Positions 36,085 through 50,144 of a stretch of DNA of 64,000 nucleotides are shown in pieces; the first letter of the stretch is position 1; each line of letters opens with the position of its first letter. The notes below the pieces were generated by a model. The model saw nothing but the letters and a program-made list of their open reading frames with translations. It searched no databases and was not told the DNA's origin. Source of the stretch: Octopus bimaculoides (taxonomy: Eukaryota); NCBI RefSeq assembly GCF_001194135.2, contig NC_068982.1, forward strand, positions 44,837,026 through 44,901,025. The letters run 5' to 3'. Made by a program: the position numbers and the translations under genes.

Positions 36085-37610
36085 GGGTTAGCAGAGTCAT
36101 TAGCACTCTGAACAAAAAGCTTGGCTGCATTTCTTTCAGGTTTTCATTCTGATTTCAAATTCCTCTGGGGTCAACTTTGCTTTTTGTCCTCTTTGGATTG
36201 ATAAAGTAAGTATCAGTTGACCACTGGGTTCAATCCAATCAACTAGCTCTCTTCCTCCAAATTTCAGGCCTTGTATCTAAAGTAGAAAAAAAAACATCAT
36301 TTTAATAGAGAACCCACTTTCATCACTGATGTTATTGTTTTAGCATGGGAAGAAAGAATTTTGTTACACATATTTCATGATGTCCTTGCATAGGAGAAAT
36401 ACCAAAAAAAGAAATATTGTAGCTGCTGTCGGCTAGTCCCAGGATAGACCTTATGAAGCAGACATATGAACAAAGGTAGGCAATCTAGTCATGACTGTCC
36501 TCTATTTTCCAATGTGCAGGGAACTCAGGTGCACATTATCAAATCTGTCCTATTCTAAGATGGTAGTGGTAGGAATTGTGGGGGATTTGACTCCTATTTA
36601 TAGCAGGACAAGCAACCATATTGAAACTACCTCATTCATTCATGGTAACATGATGTTAATCTACATCAGTAGATCCAGATGGTACATCATGGCACACTTG
36701 ACGCTGCTATGTTGGTAAGGTGTGCAGCAAAAATTGTTGTTTCAATAATTAGGCAGAAGGCCAGTAATTTTAGGGGATGTGGGTGAGTCAATTACATCAA
36801 CCCCAGTACCTAATTGGTTCTTTATTTCATCAACCCCGAAAGAATGAAAAGCAAAGTTGACCTTGGTGGTATTTGAGCTCAGAGCATAAAGAACTGGAAC
36901 TGCCACTAAGCATTTTGTCCAATGTATTTCGGGGGAGAGGTTAAGTCGATGTAATTGACCCCAGTATTCAACTGGTACTAATTTTATTGACCCCGAAAAG
37001 ATGAAAGGGAAAGTTGACTTCTGCAGAATTTGAACTGAGAACATAAAGACGGATGAAATGCCGCTAAGTATTTTGCCCAGTGCGGTAATGATTCAGCCAA
37101 TTCGCCACCTTCCACCTTTTAATAATAATGGTTTCAAATTTTGGCACAAGGCCAGCAATTTTAGGGAAGAGTGTAAGTTATTCCCCCCAGTGCTCAATTG
37201 GTATTTAGTTTATCAACCCCGCCAAAGGCATAAAAAGCAAAGTTGATCTAGGAAGGTAAAGTGCTGGAAGAAATGCTGTTAACCATTTTGTCCAATGCAC
37301 TAAGAATTCCGCCAGCTTGTTGCTTTATAATGGCTTCCAATTTTGGCACAATAATTCTAAGCTGAGAGGGTAAGCCACACCCTATTGTGAAATCAGTAGA
37401 TAAAGAGTCAGAAGATATGCTTCTAAGCATTTTGTCTGAAATGCTAATGATTCTACCCACACACTGCTTTTTGAAGTAAAAATAATAAAAAATTGTCTTA
37501 TGAAATACAAAAAAAAAATACAAATCAATTATAAATATAAAGAGCTAATATAATATTGCCAAGCATTTTGTCCAGTGCAGTAATAATTCTGCTAACTCAC
37601 TGCCTTCAAT
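36085..37610. mobile_element. Cluster of family B SINE copies (+ at ~36085-36290; tandem - copies at ~36745-37115; further - fragments to ~37610)
   Basis: Repeated CCCCGAAAG.ATGAAAG..AAAGTTGAC.T...G.ATTTGA.CTCAG and AAGCATTTTGTCC motifs. Confidence 0.8.
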
Positions 37611-37887
37611 TCTTAACAGGATATGTAATATAACAGTAACTAAACTCAACATAAGGTTGCAAAGTGGTTCAGTCTACTACAAACGGATATTCAACTGCCG
37701 TAAAATGTGTTGCATGTGAAAAATAAATAATCCAGACAATACTGATCTACTGGTTCAGACTCATATAGTTGTTTCTCACTTATCACACCAAATTTGCTTG
37801 CTATGCCATCTTACTCTCACTCACACAGAGTTGTTACGTTCACTTTTCTGATTCATCATTCATGCTATGATCTCTTTTTCTCTCTAT

Positions 37888-37890
<3 letters not shown>

Positions 37891-37942
<52 letters not shown>

Positions 37943-37980
37943 GCTCTCTCTCTCTCTCTCTCTCTCCCTTTCCCTCTCTC
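37891..37980. repeat. (TC)n microsatellite
   Basis: Seen directly. Confidence 0.97.
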
Positions 37981-39808
37981 TTCAATACATACCAAATATC
38001 ACATTCTTTCTTCCTTCTCTCATATGTTCTTAGTAAATACTAAGATTTAACTCATATCATATTAAATCAAAAAGAATCTTTTCACATCTGAACACATTTT
38101 TCTGATCCCTTACACTAAAATCAATTCAGTTCACCTTCTTAAATAACAATGAAAGACTAAAACAAAATTAAAATAGATGCTGCATTGTTTCTATACATCA
38201 CCTGGGGGAATAAAGTCTTTTAGCATACTACTCACGAAAGTATATCTCCTCAATGACATTGTATTATGTCACTGCTTGTTACCAATTCTATATATGATAG
38301 AATGAAATGACTATTTAAAGAAAAAGGAAAAAAACAATAAGTCTCATATAATTCTGTATGACTTAACAAAGGAGAAGAGAGAAGTGTTACTTCATTGTAA
38401 TGTCCCTAAAAATATCTCTGACTCAAAGTTTTCTAATAATCTAAAATGTTTAAGAGAGCAGACAAATGTTCGAGTTAAAAACATGTTTCATGCCAAACAC
38501 TTTAAATGATAGAGAAATAAAAGTTTTTGCCAAGAATTCAGTCATCTGTGTAAATGTTGCTCAACTTTGTTAATCTGATGGTAGATTGTTGTCTCCAAAA
38601 TTGACTGTTTTATAATGTTTTAATGGATGGATGCACTTCTCAGACATAAAAATGAGATTGATGCCTATTTTATTTTCTCTGTGTATATGTGTGAACATGC
38701 TTGCTTGTGTGCATGCATACACGCTTGCATGTATGTATGTATGTATGTATGTATGTATGTATATATCTTATGTATGTGTCTCTTTGTATGTATGTAATAG
38801 ATAAACATATAACATTGAAATTGTTTATTTTCTTTATGCACATGCCACCAATTTGGCTATTGTTTCTTTGAACTTGTACCAATATATATATGTATATATA
38901 TGTGGGTATATATACACACATATACACACACATATATATATACACACACATGCATATATCTCTTGCATGATGGCAAATGTTGCATCATGTCAGAACAGAT
39001 ATTGTATCATGATGAATATTGTATAAGACTGCAGAAAGACTTACATGAATATGGAGATGGGTTTATTGTGGTGTACCATTCGCAATATATATTAATTCTA
39101 CACCAAAAAAAAAACATATTTAACCCTAGTATAAAATAATGTTTGGTTTAAATCATCACCTTCATTGATGTTAGTATTGGCAATATATTGATTGAGGCAG
39201 GTTTGTCTGAATAGAATGATTGACTTAAAAATAAACTTGAAAATAATTCCATCATTACATTTATATGTAATACAATGTAGCTATAAAATGAAGTCAGACC
39301 ATAACACCACCCTATCATTAGATATTATTGTAGGAATAAGGAATATCATCTTTATTATCATCATCTTTATATTAATATCCACTTTTCCATGCTTGCATGG
39401 CTCAGCATTCATCAAGGCAGATTTTTGATGGCAGGGTCCACTTCCTGTTGCCAACCCTCCCCTGTTTCCAAGTAAGGTTATATGCCCCTATAGAAGTATG
39501 GAAATATCTTTGCAGAATATTCTTTTCTACTCTAGGCACAATGCTTCAGTCTACCAAATCTACACACCCAAGTTGACATGCAGTGAGACAGAACCTGAAA
39601 CCATATGGTTGAAAAGCATTCTTAACCACACAACCATACCAGCACCAATGCATATAATATAGTGATTGAGTATATGCAAAACAGAGAACAAACAAATCCT
39701 TATGTTATGTATACACAAAGACAGAAAATGTCACCATAGATATAAAATATCTATAGTCAAATACCTTAGACATGCATTAAAATTATTTTGGCAATAAAGA
39801 AGATTTAA

Positions 39809-40030
39809 CTCTTTAACATTTAGATTACTCTGTCAAATGTAATGCTTATTTATTCACATTGTTTTGAATTAATCGTGCATTGTCTTGCAGCCTTGAGATT
39901 TCAGTGATGTGACTGTTTCTTTTTAAATGACATTGTAGAGTGAGTGCAAAAGGCCTGATCTGGTCAGTTTGCCCTCCTTAAAACAGGTAGAATATCTGGG
40001 CCTGATATGGCGAGTTTAAATGCTAAAGAG
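39809..40030. mobile_element. piggyBac-type MITE (222 bp), family M2 copy 2
   Basis: TTAA|CTCTTTAACATT ... AATGCTAAAGAG|TTAA; interior colinear with 12816-13038. Confidence 0.85.
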
Positions 40031-40179
40031 TTAAACAAGAAAGTCTTGCCTGTAAAACAATCATTAGTTACCAACAGGCACCCTGTGAGTATAGAATGCC
40101 ATAGAACAAATTTTCTCATATTGACACAACAAATGCTGCATCCATAAAAATACTAACCACACTTAAATGGGTAAAGAAC

Positions 40180-40500
40180 CCCTTCGGTCATGAATGACCA
40201 TGGGACTGCACCTAGAAAGTTACCCTGAAAAATACAAATCTGGGCAAGGTTGCTTATGGAAGATCAGCAGTCACCCATGCATACCAGCCTCCCTTCTCCA
40301 TGCCACTGATGTTAATTAAGGCCAAGTTCAAAGTCCAATACAGCTTGGCACCAGTGACATTGCAACTCATTTCTACAGCTGAGTGAACTGGAGTAACGTG
40401 AAAATAAAGTGGTTTGCTCAAGAACGCAACACAATGCGCAGTCCAGGAATCAAACTCACTACTTCATGATTGTGAGTCCAACACTCTAACCACTGAGCCT
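40180..40500 (-). mobile_element. Family C (CORE-like) SINE with long tail; second copy at ~45885-46145
   Basis: Both share TTGCACCTAGAAAGTTACCCT, CAGCAGTCACCCATGCATA, CAGCTTGGCACCAGTGA and CAGCTGAGTGAACTGGAG.AACGTGAAA. Confidence 0.8.
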
Positions 40501-41225
40501 CATCATTTTACTTTAAGAACTACAAAAAAAAAAACAGCTGCATCCTGCTTACAGAATGTATCATCATCATCATCATCGTCGTCGTCATCGCCATCTGGTC
40601 AGGCAACTTGTCCAGATCAATAAATTATATTGGTCTTTCAATAGCTGAATGTCTCATCTGCCCAGATGATAGCAGTACTTCACTAACTGAACTGATTGAT
40701 CCTGGCCATTGACAGTTTGTTGTCTGTTTAGCTGCTCAGTATTTAGTGACACTCGACATTGGTTCTATAAGTTAACTTGCAGAAATAGTTCATATCTATC
40801 ATGTTACATCTCATGATTTCAATATAACCTTGGCTCGGGTGGTCCCTTGCTGCTAGGCCTTGCCAAGGGGTCAACTATGATTTGGTCTGGGATTGTTTAT
40901 TTCTTGTTCACAGCTGATCACTATTTACTATTTTAATTAACTCACAGCTGGGGCCCTAACAAGGGCTACTACTCTGGTTCACAGCAGACCTGAGAACAAT
41001 TGTTGTCCCACACTTTTCAAAACCTTGGAACTCCAGAATCAGGGCCCCACTACCAGATGTAGTTTAAAGTCATACCCAGAACAGAATGAATACATCATGG
41101 AAAAACTTATAAAGTAGAACGCTTATATTACATGTAACCACAAATTCATTATAATATATTACAAAATCACCAAATGGAAAACCTCTTCATCAACATGAAA
41201 TCACAAAATAGCAAACTACAGTACT

Positions 41226-42080
41226 TTAGATTAACAATGTAATATACAATTTTGAATGTCCACATGAAAACATATAATTTATAAGCTTCATAGCCCTACA
41301 TCTAGCATTCAAGTGTGACAAAGATCTTTGACAGCTTCTTGCTCTCTTCTTCTCCACACTTCCTATTAGTATGATCCTGGGCAATGTCTTGCAGTGTAAT
41401 ATATATTCAAAATATGAAGCTTTGTAGACTTGGTTCTTGATGACATGTGCGTTTGGACTTCCAGCTTTTTTAGTACTGCAGTGATTGTTACCTTGTCTTC
41501 TTAGCTTATTCTTTCCAATCAACAAAAGGTTCACAACTCAAAGGCAACTGTCTCCTTCTCCATTACTCTATACACAGTCCAAGTTTCTATTCCATAGAGG
41601 ACAATTGGCATAATATGACAGTTTACAATCTTCAGTTGTAGGTGCAATGTTATATCTTTTGAGGTGAAGATCTTTTTCATTCTTATAAATACAGCTTTAC
41701 CTTCATTTAGACTGACTAACTTTCACACAGCAAACTTCTTGATTTATTATTTGTTCTAAATACTTAAATTTTTTTTTACTTGTTTAATCTTCTGCCCATC
41801 TTCTTTTACATTTACTTCCTTTCATTCTATCTTTCTAATAACCATTGTCTTTGTCTTTTTTATATTCATAGTTATGCTTTTATGACTTAAGCAATTTCTT
41901 GTAATTCCTCATTACTGTCAACCAATAAAACTGTATCATCAGCATATCTTATATTGGATATGTTCTTGCCATTCACTGTGAGTCTTTGATCTCATTTGAA
42001 TTTGAATATATACTTAGTATAAATTTTGAATAGATGTGGTGATAACACACATCCTTGTCTTACACCTCTTTCCATACACA
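41226..42080 (-). mobile_element. RTE-type LINE reverse transcriptase fragment (pseudogene)
   Basis: Minus strand: GVRQGCVLSPHLFKIYT...VNGKNISNIRYADDTVLL...FKYL...LYGIETWT...AFEL; many stops and frameshifts; ends at a (TA)n tract and gap. Confidence 0.88.
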
Positions 42081-42406
42081 CTCATATATATATATATATA
42101 TATATANNNNNNNNNNNNNNNNNNNNNNNNNNNNNNNNNNNNNNNNNNNNNNNNNNNNNNNNNNNNNNNNNNNNNNNNNNNNNNNNNNNNNNNNNNNNNN
42201 NNNNNNNNNNNNNNNNNNNNNNNNNNNNNNNNNNNNNNNNNNNNNNNNNNNNNNNNNNNNNNNNNNNNNNNNNNNNNNNNNNNNNNNNNNNNNNNNNNNN
42301 NNNNNNNNNNNNNNNNNNNNNNNNNNNNNNNNNNNNNNNNNNNNNNNNNNNNNNNNNNNNNNNNNNNNNNNNNNNNNNNNNNNNNNNNNNNNNNNNNNNN
42401 NNNNNN

Positions 42407-42442
<36 letters not shown>

Positions 42443-43213
42443 CATGCACACACACACATATATACACGCACATACATATATACATATACATACACATATA
42501 TATGTACAGACATACATAAATGCATATATATATACATACATACACATACATACTTACACACATACATACATACATACATACATACATACATACATACATA
42601 CATCCGTACGTACATACATAGAAGATATTTGATTAATCTACTTTATTTTCCTGTGTGCAAAGAGAACAACAAGCTGTATTTACATGTGTTTATTTCCTAC
42701 AGCAAAGGTGTTATAAACTATAATCTTACTCCATAAATTTTTATCTTAGATTTTTCTAATACCATAATGTTTGTGCATAAAATATATATATATAAAATAT
42801 ATATTAACATAAATGTATATATATATATATAGATGTGTAATCACATTCACATATATGCTACACATACATAAAATCATAAATGCTAGTGATTACTTGACTA
42901 TTCATATTCAGACACATACTTCAACAAATAAACATATATATATATATATATACATACACACATGTATATATATATATATATATATGTATAATTGTATGTA
43001 TGTTTGTATGTATGCATGTATGTATATGTATGTATATGTGTATGTATATATAAACACACTCATATGTGAATGTGTAGATCTGGATTCATACAGTTTTTTT
43101 TATATACACACATTTCTATATTCAAGTATACACATATCCACACATCCACACACACACACACACACACGCATATACTTAAATACAGACATATATGCACATA
43201 CATATATACATGG

Positions 43214-43262
<49 letters not shown>

Positions 43263-43690
43263 TATGTGTGTGCATATATGGGTATATACGTATATGTCTA
43301 TAAAGTCATGTATCAAAATAATATAGCAAGAAAGTATATATCGTTACTACTCTGCAACACCATAGTTGCATATTGCACTGAGACACAGCCATATGTGCAA
43401 CATACATCAAAGGAATACAGGACGAAAAGATTTGGCTCTGTAGTTAGAATATATAAGAGAAAATTTTCTAAATGGACTTTTTAAATAAATGCAAAATAGC
43501 AGACGCATACACATTGCACACGTACGCATGCACACACACACACACATCCATACATGTACATGTACAGGTACATATGCATGTATGTATATATGTGGGCACG
43601 CATGCACATACATAAAATAACATTAATGCATGTATTCTAGAAAATTACTTGCTACTTTAATACACATATATGGATGGATTTAAAAACATT

Positions 43691-43721
<31 letters not shown>

Positions 43722-43787
43722 TTGAAAAACCTCAACAGGTGAAACTTTGAAGTTACTTCAAAAATAAATGTATATATGTGTGTGAGT

Positions 43788-43834
<47 letters not shown>

Positions 43835-44984
43835 NNNNNNNNNNNNNNNNNNNNNNNNNNNNNNNNNNNNNNNNNNNNNNNNNNNNNNNNNNNNNNNNNN
43901 NNNNNNNNNNNNNNNNNNNNNNNNNNNNNNNNNNNNNNNNNNNNNNNNNNNNNNNNNNNNNNNNNNNNNNNNNNNNNNNNNNNNNNNNNNNNNNNNNNNN
44001 NNNNNNNNNNNNNNNNNNNNNNNNNNNNNNNNNNNNNNNNNNNNNNNNNNNNNNNNNNNNNNNNNNNNNNNNNNNNNNNNNNNNNNNNNNNNNNNNNNNN
44101 NNNNNNNNNNNNNNNNNNNNNNNNNNNNNNNNNNNNNNNNNNNNNNNNNNNNNNNNNNNNNNNNNNNNNNNNNNNNNNNNNNNNNNNNNNNNNNNNNNNN
44201 NNNNNNNNNNNNNNNNNNNNNNNNNNNNNNNNNNNNNNNNNNNNNNNNNNNNNNNNNNNNNNNNNNNNNNNNNNNNNNNNNNNNNNNNNNNNNNNNNNNN
44301 NNNNNNNNNNNNNNNNNNNNNNNNNNNNNNNNNNNNNNNNNNNNNNNNNNNNNNNNNNNNNNNNNNNNNNNNNNNNNNNNNNNNNNNNNNNNNNNTATGT
44401 ATACACACACACACACACACACACATACCACACACACACACACACACACATACCACACACACATATGCACATACTCAGATGTGGTAAGAAATCATTATAA
44501 AAGAACTAAAAGGAAAATAAAAGGAACATAACAGAAATTGAGAAGAAAGAACGCAAGAGAAAAATAAAGATCTAGATAAATAAATAAATAAAATGAAATT
44601 CTAATTCTCTCTGGATAAAACATATTTTTCAATTGGTTTATGTGTATGAACCTGTCTGCTTTAATATCGATCCACATATTTCCAGAGAATTCTGCTTGGT
44701 CTATTTTACTTCATTTTTGTTATTTCTGGGGGGTTTTTGCTTGTTTTATTTTTGTTATTCATTTGTTTTGTTGTTGTTTTTTTCTGGCTTCAGTTTTTTT
44801 TTTTTGCCCCTTTTCTTTTGTCTTTTTTTTTATTTTTAAATTATTTTTATAGCCATTCATGCTCTCTTTTCTTCCTTATCCTTCAAGATTTTGGCATTAA
44901 ATCTTTTACCATTGAAATTCTGGCATCAAATCTCTTGGGTGGTGATAGTTGTGGTGCTATTGTTGTTATTGTTGATGTTGTTGT

Positions 44985-45381
44985 GGTTGTTGTTATTAGT
45001 AGTGTTGGTGGTGGTGGTGGTGGTGGTGGTGGTGGTAGTGGTGGTGTTTATTTGTTGTTGTGTTTGTGATATGCTTGTGACAGAGGTAATAGTTGTGGTC
45101 ATAGTGGTACAGATAACAAGGGTATTGGTTGTTGTGGTCATACAGGTAGTGATTGCTGTTTTAGCAGTAGTTCTGTGATTTCAGCAATGGTTGTTATAGT
45201 ACTGCTAATGGTAATGGTAGTTGTTCTGGTAGTACTCCATGTTTTGGTGGTAGTCATGGTTGGAAACATAGTGCTAGCAATAATAGTGACGGTTATTGTT
45301 TTATTGGTAGTGTCAGTAGCACTGGATGTTTTGGTGGTAGTAGTGATAGAGACATAGGTAGTGATTGTTGTTTTCATGGTT

Positions 45382-45414
<33 letters not shown>

Positions 45415-45426
45415 ACAGCAACAGCA

Positions 45427-45460
<34 letters not shown>

Positions 45461-45600
45461 CAGCAGTAGTAGTAGTAGTAGTAGTAGCAGCAGCAGCAGC
45501 AGTAGCAGTAGTAGTAGTAGTAGTAGTAGTATCAAGCAAGGGTGATGGTTGTTGTATTGGTAGTGGTGCAAGAGTAGCAGTAGTAGTATTAATGGTATTA
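44985..45600. repeat. Long decayed (GTN)n triplet tract with pure (GTA)n/(GCA)n cores
   Basis: Seen directly; gives poly-Thr on minus and poly-Val on plus. Confidence 0.9.
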
Positions 45601-45609
45601 TTGCAATGG

Positions 45610-46590
45610 CGTTAGTACTGTAGGAAGGGACGATATTAATAGTATTTTCCATCTTCGTGTTATGAGTTCAAATTCCACCAACGTCAACTTTGCCTTTAAT
45701 TTTTTCAGGGTCAGTAAAATTATGTACCAGTTGCACACTGGGGTCAATATAATTGATTTAACTTCTTACAATTGCTGGTCTTGTACCAAAATTTGAAGCC
45801 ATTATTGCTGGTGGGGTGTGTGGTGGGGGTGGGGGTAATAGCAGCAGTGTTAGTATGGGAAGAGGGGCAATTGTTACAGTGTTAGTGAGACCCTCTTTGG
45901 TCATGACTGGCCATGGGATTGCACCTAGAAAGTTACCCTCGCAGGCACAAGTCCAGGCAAGGTTGTTTATAGAAGACCAGCAGTCACCCATGCATATCAG
46001 CCTCCCCTCTCCATGCCACCAGTGTTATCCAAAGGAAAGGCAAAGGGGCCGATACAGCTTGGCACCAGTGATGTCACAGCTCATTTCTACAGCTGAGTGA
46101 ACTGGAGCAACGTGAAATAAAGTGTCTTGCTCAAGAACACAACAGGCAGCCTAGTACTGAGGCAAATAATAATAGTGTTGGTACTGGAGGCATTGGTAAC
46201 AGTATTAGTATTGGGGGATGAGGGTAGGGAATTCTAATAGTGTTAGTACTAAGGGGTGAAGGCATATAGCTTAGTGGTTAGGTTATTCAGCTTGCAATTG
46301 TAAGGTTGTGAGTACAATTCTCAGTGACGTGTTGTGTTCTTGAGCAAGACATTTTATTTCACATTGCTCCAGCCCACTCAGCTGGCAGAAATGAGTAGTA
46401 CCTGTATTTCGCCCGGCATGCTAACATTTCTGCTAGCTTGCCGCCTTACTAGTAGTACTTATTCTATCAACCCCTGAAAGGATGAAAGGCAAAGCTGACC
46501 TCAGTGGAATTTGAACTCAGACCATGAAGATGGATGAAATGCCACTAAGCATTTTTGCCCGGTGTGGTAATGATTCTGTCAGCTCACCGT
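45610..46590. mobile_element. SINE cluster: family B (+, ~45610-45805), family C (-, ~45885-46145; +, ~46255-46410), family B (-, ~46410-46590)
   Basis: Family-diagnostic motifs as in the copies above. Confidence 0.8.
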
Positions 46591-48566
46591 CTTACTGCTT
46601 CCAGTAATATTGTTGTTGTGGTTCCGCACTCTTGAGAACTTCATACCCTATCCAATCCTCTGTAGCTCGTCACTTATATTCACCTCCATATACCTTGAGG
46701 TTACACCTCACCACAATACATCTTCACCACTACCATCTTCTCTCTCTCTCTCTCTCTTTCCTCTTTTTTCCAACTAGGTAGCTATGTATCCCTTCTACAG
46801 TAGGAGAATCGTTTCTGTCCCTCTGTCATGTTTTAACTTTTCATTACTCAGCACAAAGCCATCTCTCTCAATACTACTCTCTACTCTCAGTTGAGGAGTC
46901 TTTATCCTGTAAGTTATTTGGTTACCTCACTGGTGTTGGTGCCACGTATGAAGCACCCAGTACACTTTGTAAGATGCTTGGTGCTAGAAAGGGCAGTCAG
47001 CTGACAGTAGGGTGTGGTGCAGTTCCCTAACACAAACTGTCAAACACATGCCAGTATGGAAAATAATGTTAAAAGCAGGTGATGATGACAATGGTTAACA
47101 CTGGTCACAATATTCTTGGTGAGGCTGCAAGCAAGGGAATTTGTGGTTGTATTGCTTGTATTGGGCCTAGTGTCAATGTCAGCAGTTATGGGGGGGGGTT
47201 GATTGGGTGGTGTTTTTAGTTTTGGTGTAAGTGGTGGTGGTGGGGTGATAGTTGTCATGGTGGTGAGATGGAGGTTGATAGTTCTGGTAATGATTATTTA
47301 TTTATTTATTTATTTATTTAATAATTTATTCCTGCTGAAAGTTGACATAACTAGTTCAAGAAAATTACACAAGAAAAGACTCAGATTAAATAAAATAGGA
47401 AGAAAAAATATAAAGTAATTTGCTTTCTTTTTTTTTTCTTCAAAATCCTTGAGAATATCAACTATTCTTTTTTACTTAAAAAANNNNNNNNNNNNNNNNN
47501 NNNNNNNNNNNNNNNNNNNNNNNNNNNNNNNNNNNNNNNNNNNNNNNNNNNNNNNNNNNNNNNNNNNNNNNNNNNNNNNNNNNNNNNNNNNNNNNNNNNN
47601 NNNNNNNNNNNNNNNNNNNNNNNNNNNNNNNNNNNNNNNNNNNNNNNNNNNNNNNNNNNNNNNNNNNNNNNNNNNNNNNNNNNNNNNNNNNNNNNNNNNN
47701 NNNNNNNNNNNNNNNNNNNNNNNNNNNNNNNNNNNNNNNNNNNNNNNNNNNNNNNNNNNNNNNNNNNNNNNNNNNNNNNNNNNNNNNNNNNNNNNNNNNT
47801 TTTTTTTTTATCCATTTTCATATTTATTACATTTTACAATGAAGTCGTAATATATATGTGATGGGGTGGTGAATGTGTGTGTGTGTGTGTGTGTGTGTGT
47901 GTTCAGAAACTGAAAGAGAAGAATAGGAAAGAAAAAAAGAAGAGGGTGTGGAGGGAAAGGAGCAGCTGGAGAAGGCAACTGAGAAACATAGTGAACAAGA
48001 GACAGAGAGAGAGGGGGAGAGAGAGAGGATGACAACAGTGAAATATATGCTGCTTGAGGAGAGGAAAAACAGATGCTGCAACCAAGAGAGAGAGATGGTA
48101 GTGGGGGTGACAAATGAGGAAAGGGGAGGAAGGAAGAGAATAAAAGTGAAAGTAGAAATACTATCAGCAGAGACAGGTAGAAAAGACTTTACTGGATGAC
48201 CTTGACAATGACTGTAACCTGACCTTGGCAATGGCTTACCTTTCACTTTTTAGTTTTTTACTGGTTTCAGTCATTGGATAACAGCCATGCTGGGGCTACC
48301 TTGAACGACTTAGTCAAACAAATTGACCCCAGAACTATTTTTATTTTTTAAGCTTAGTACTTATTCTATCATCTTCTTTTTGCTGAACTACTAGGTTATA
48401 GAATGTAAACAAACCAACATCAGTAGTCATGCAGCAGTGGGGGACAAACACAAACAGAAATACACACAATTCACACATGCACACACACACACATACACAC
48501 AAGCACATATATGTGTGTGTGTGTGTATAGATATATATCTATGTATATGTGTGTGTATGTGTGTAT

Positions 48567-48615
<49 letters not shown>

Positions 48616-48616
<1 letters not shown>

Positions 48617-49445
48617 CAAGGTGTGGTGAATAAACTGTTGTCTAAATTATGCAAAAATGAAAATAACACTCACTTTTCATTTTAACAGATATATTTACCA
48701 AAATTACATAAAAATATCTTGAAATATGAAAGAGTAAATTTATTCAAAAAAATCACCATTGCCTTCAACCACAGACACCAAAAAATTTCAGAATCTCCTG
48801 CAACTCTTCTTGGCAGTCTCCCTGTTTAAGTTGGTGAATGCTGCCATAATTCTTGCCTTTCATCTTTGGTGTTACTAGGAGTTTTGTTGGTCTCTAGCTC
48901 AACTATGCCCCATACATAATAATGAAGGGGCAGTCTGGGGAGTTAGGTGGCCAGATGTTAGGGGCGATGTAGTTGTAGACATTGTCTGACACCCATGACT
49001 GGGTTCTTCTGGTTGTGTGACATGGTGTAGAGCCTGTTGTCAGACATAGGGTCTTCCAGCAGACACCCTCTTCACCCAGGGCAGCACTAGCTCCTCCAGG
49101 CACTTGATGTAGGCTTCTGTGTTAAGTATGAGGCCATGTGAGAAGATGAATGGAGGCATAACATCGACACCACTAGTGATCACAACAAACAGCATGACGT
49201 TGACTGGATGTTTGATTTTTATCACTCTTGGTACATGTCCTTAGATTGACAACCAAACATTCGTTTTGAAGCATCCAGTGTGAATGCCAAGCAGTACAGC
49301 ATGTCGTTTTCAAATTTCTGGCAGAGTGAATTGCATTGCATCATGGTGCTGTTTTTCACATAGTCAGTACCCAACTGACCCTTGTGTACTGCGTAGTTAA
49401 CAAAATCAAAAACAAGCAATGCACAATTTACCCATCATACCCTGT
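48616..49445 (-). mobile_element. Internally deleted Tc1/mariner-superfamily element, DD37D (maT-like)
   Basis: TIRs ACAAGGTGTGGTGAATAAACTG vs reverse complement ACAGGGTATGATGGGTAAATTG (16/22, all differences transitions). Transposase remnant KHPVNVMLFVVITSGVDVMPPFIF...AYIKCLEELVLPW...WQQD...WPPNSPDC; a 4-nt deletion and D>H change at the last catalytic Asp. Confidence 0.85.
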
Positions 49446-49456
49446 GTGTATGTATG

Positions 49457-49502
<46 letters not shown>

Positions 49503-50144
49503 TGTGTGTGTATGTATATATATACACACAATGGGCTTCTTTCAGTTTCCATCTTCTAAATACATTCACGAGGCTTTAATTGGCCCAGGGTTATAGTAGA
49601 CTTGCTCAAAGTGTCATGCTGTGAGACTGAATCTAGAACCACGTGGTTGAGAAACAAATGTCTTACCACAGAGCCATACCCGTACCTACATGCAATATCA
49701 TTAATCTAATAATTTTTAAAAGGGGAGGAAAAAACCTTATTCTGTCATACCACATATGGTAAGAAATATTAATAAAATGTAGATTGATTTCTCCAGTGAG
49801 TGTAAAACTAATATCTGCAGGAAAATTGGAATAGTTAAATGAATTAACCATATATTACTGGTACTTATTCAATCAACACATGTGGATGGGAACAAAATCA
49901 ATATTAATGAGATTTGAATTCACAACCTAGAGACACAGAAATAAAATACTGCACATAGTTAATTTCTACAAAACCCTCCATGGTTGAATATTTATTGCAG
50001 TAAAAACTATAATATATTGTCATTGTCTACCTGAATCTACCCTGCTGAAAATAGATAGTTTTTGTTTCTCTTTGCAATTTGTTAGTTGACTTTTGTAAGT
50101 TTTTTAAAGAGTTTAAAATACCATATTCTCTGGCATATAAGTCA

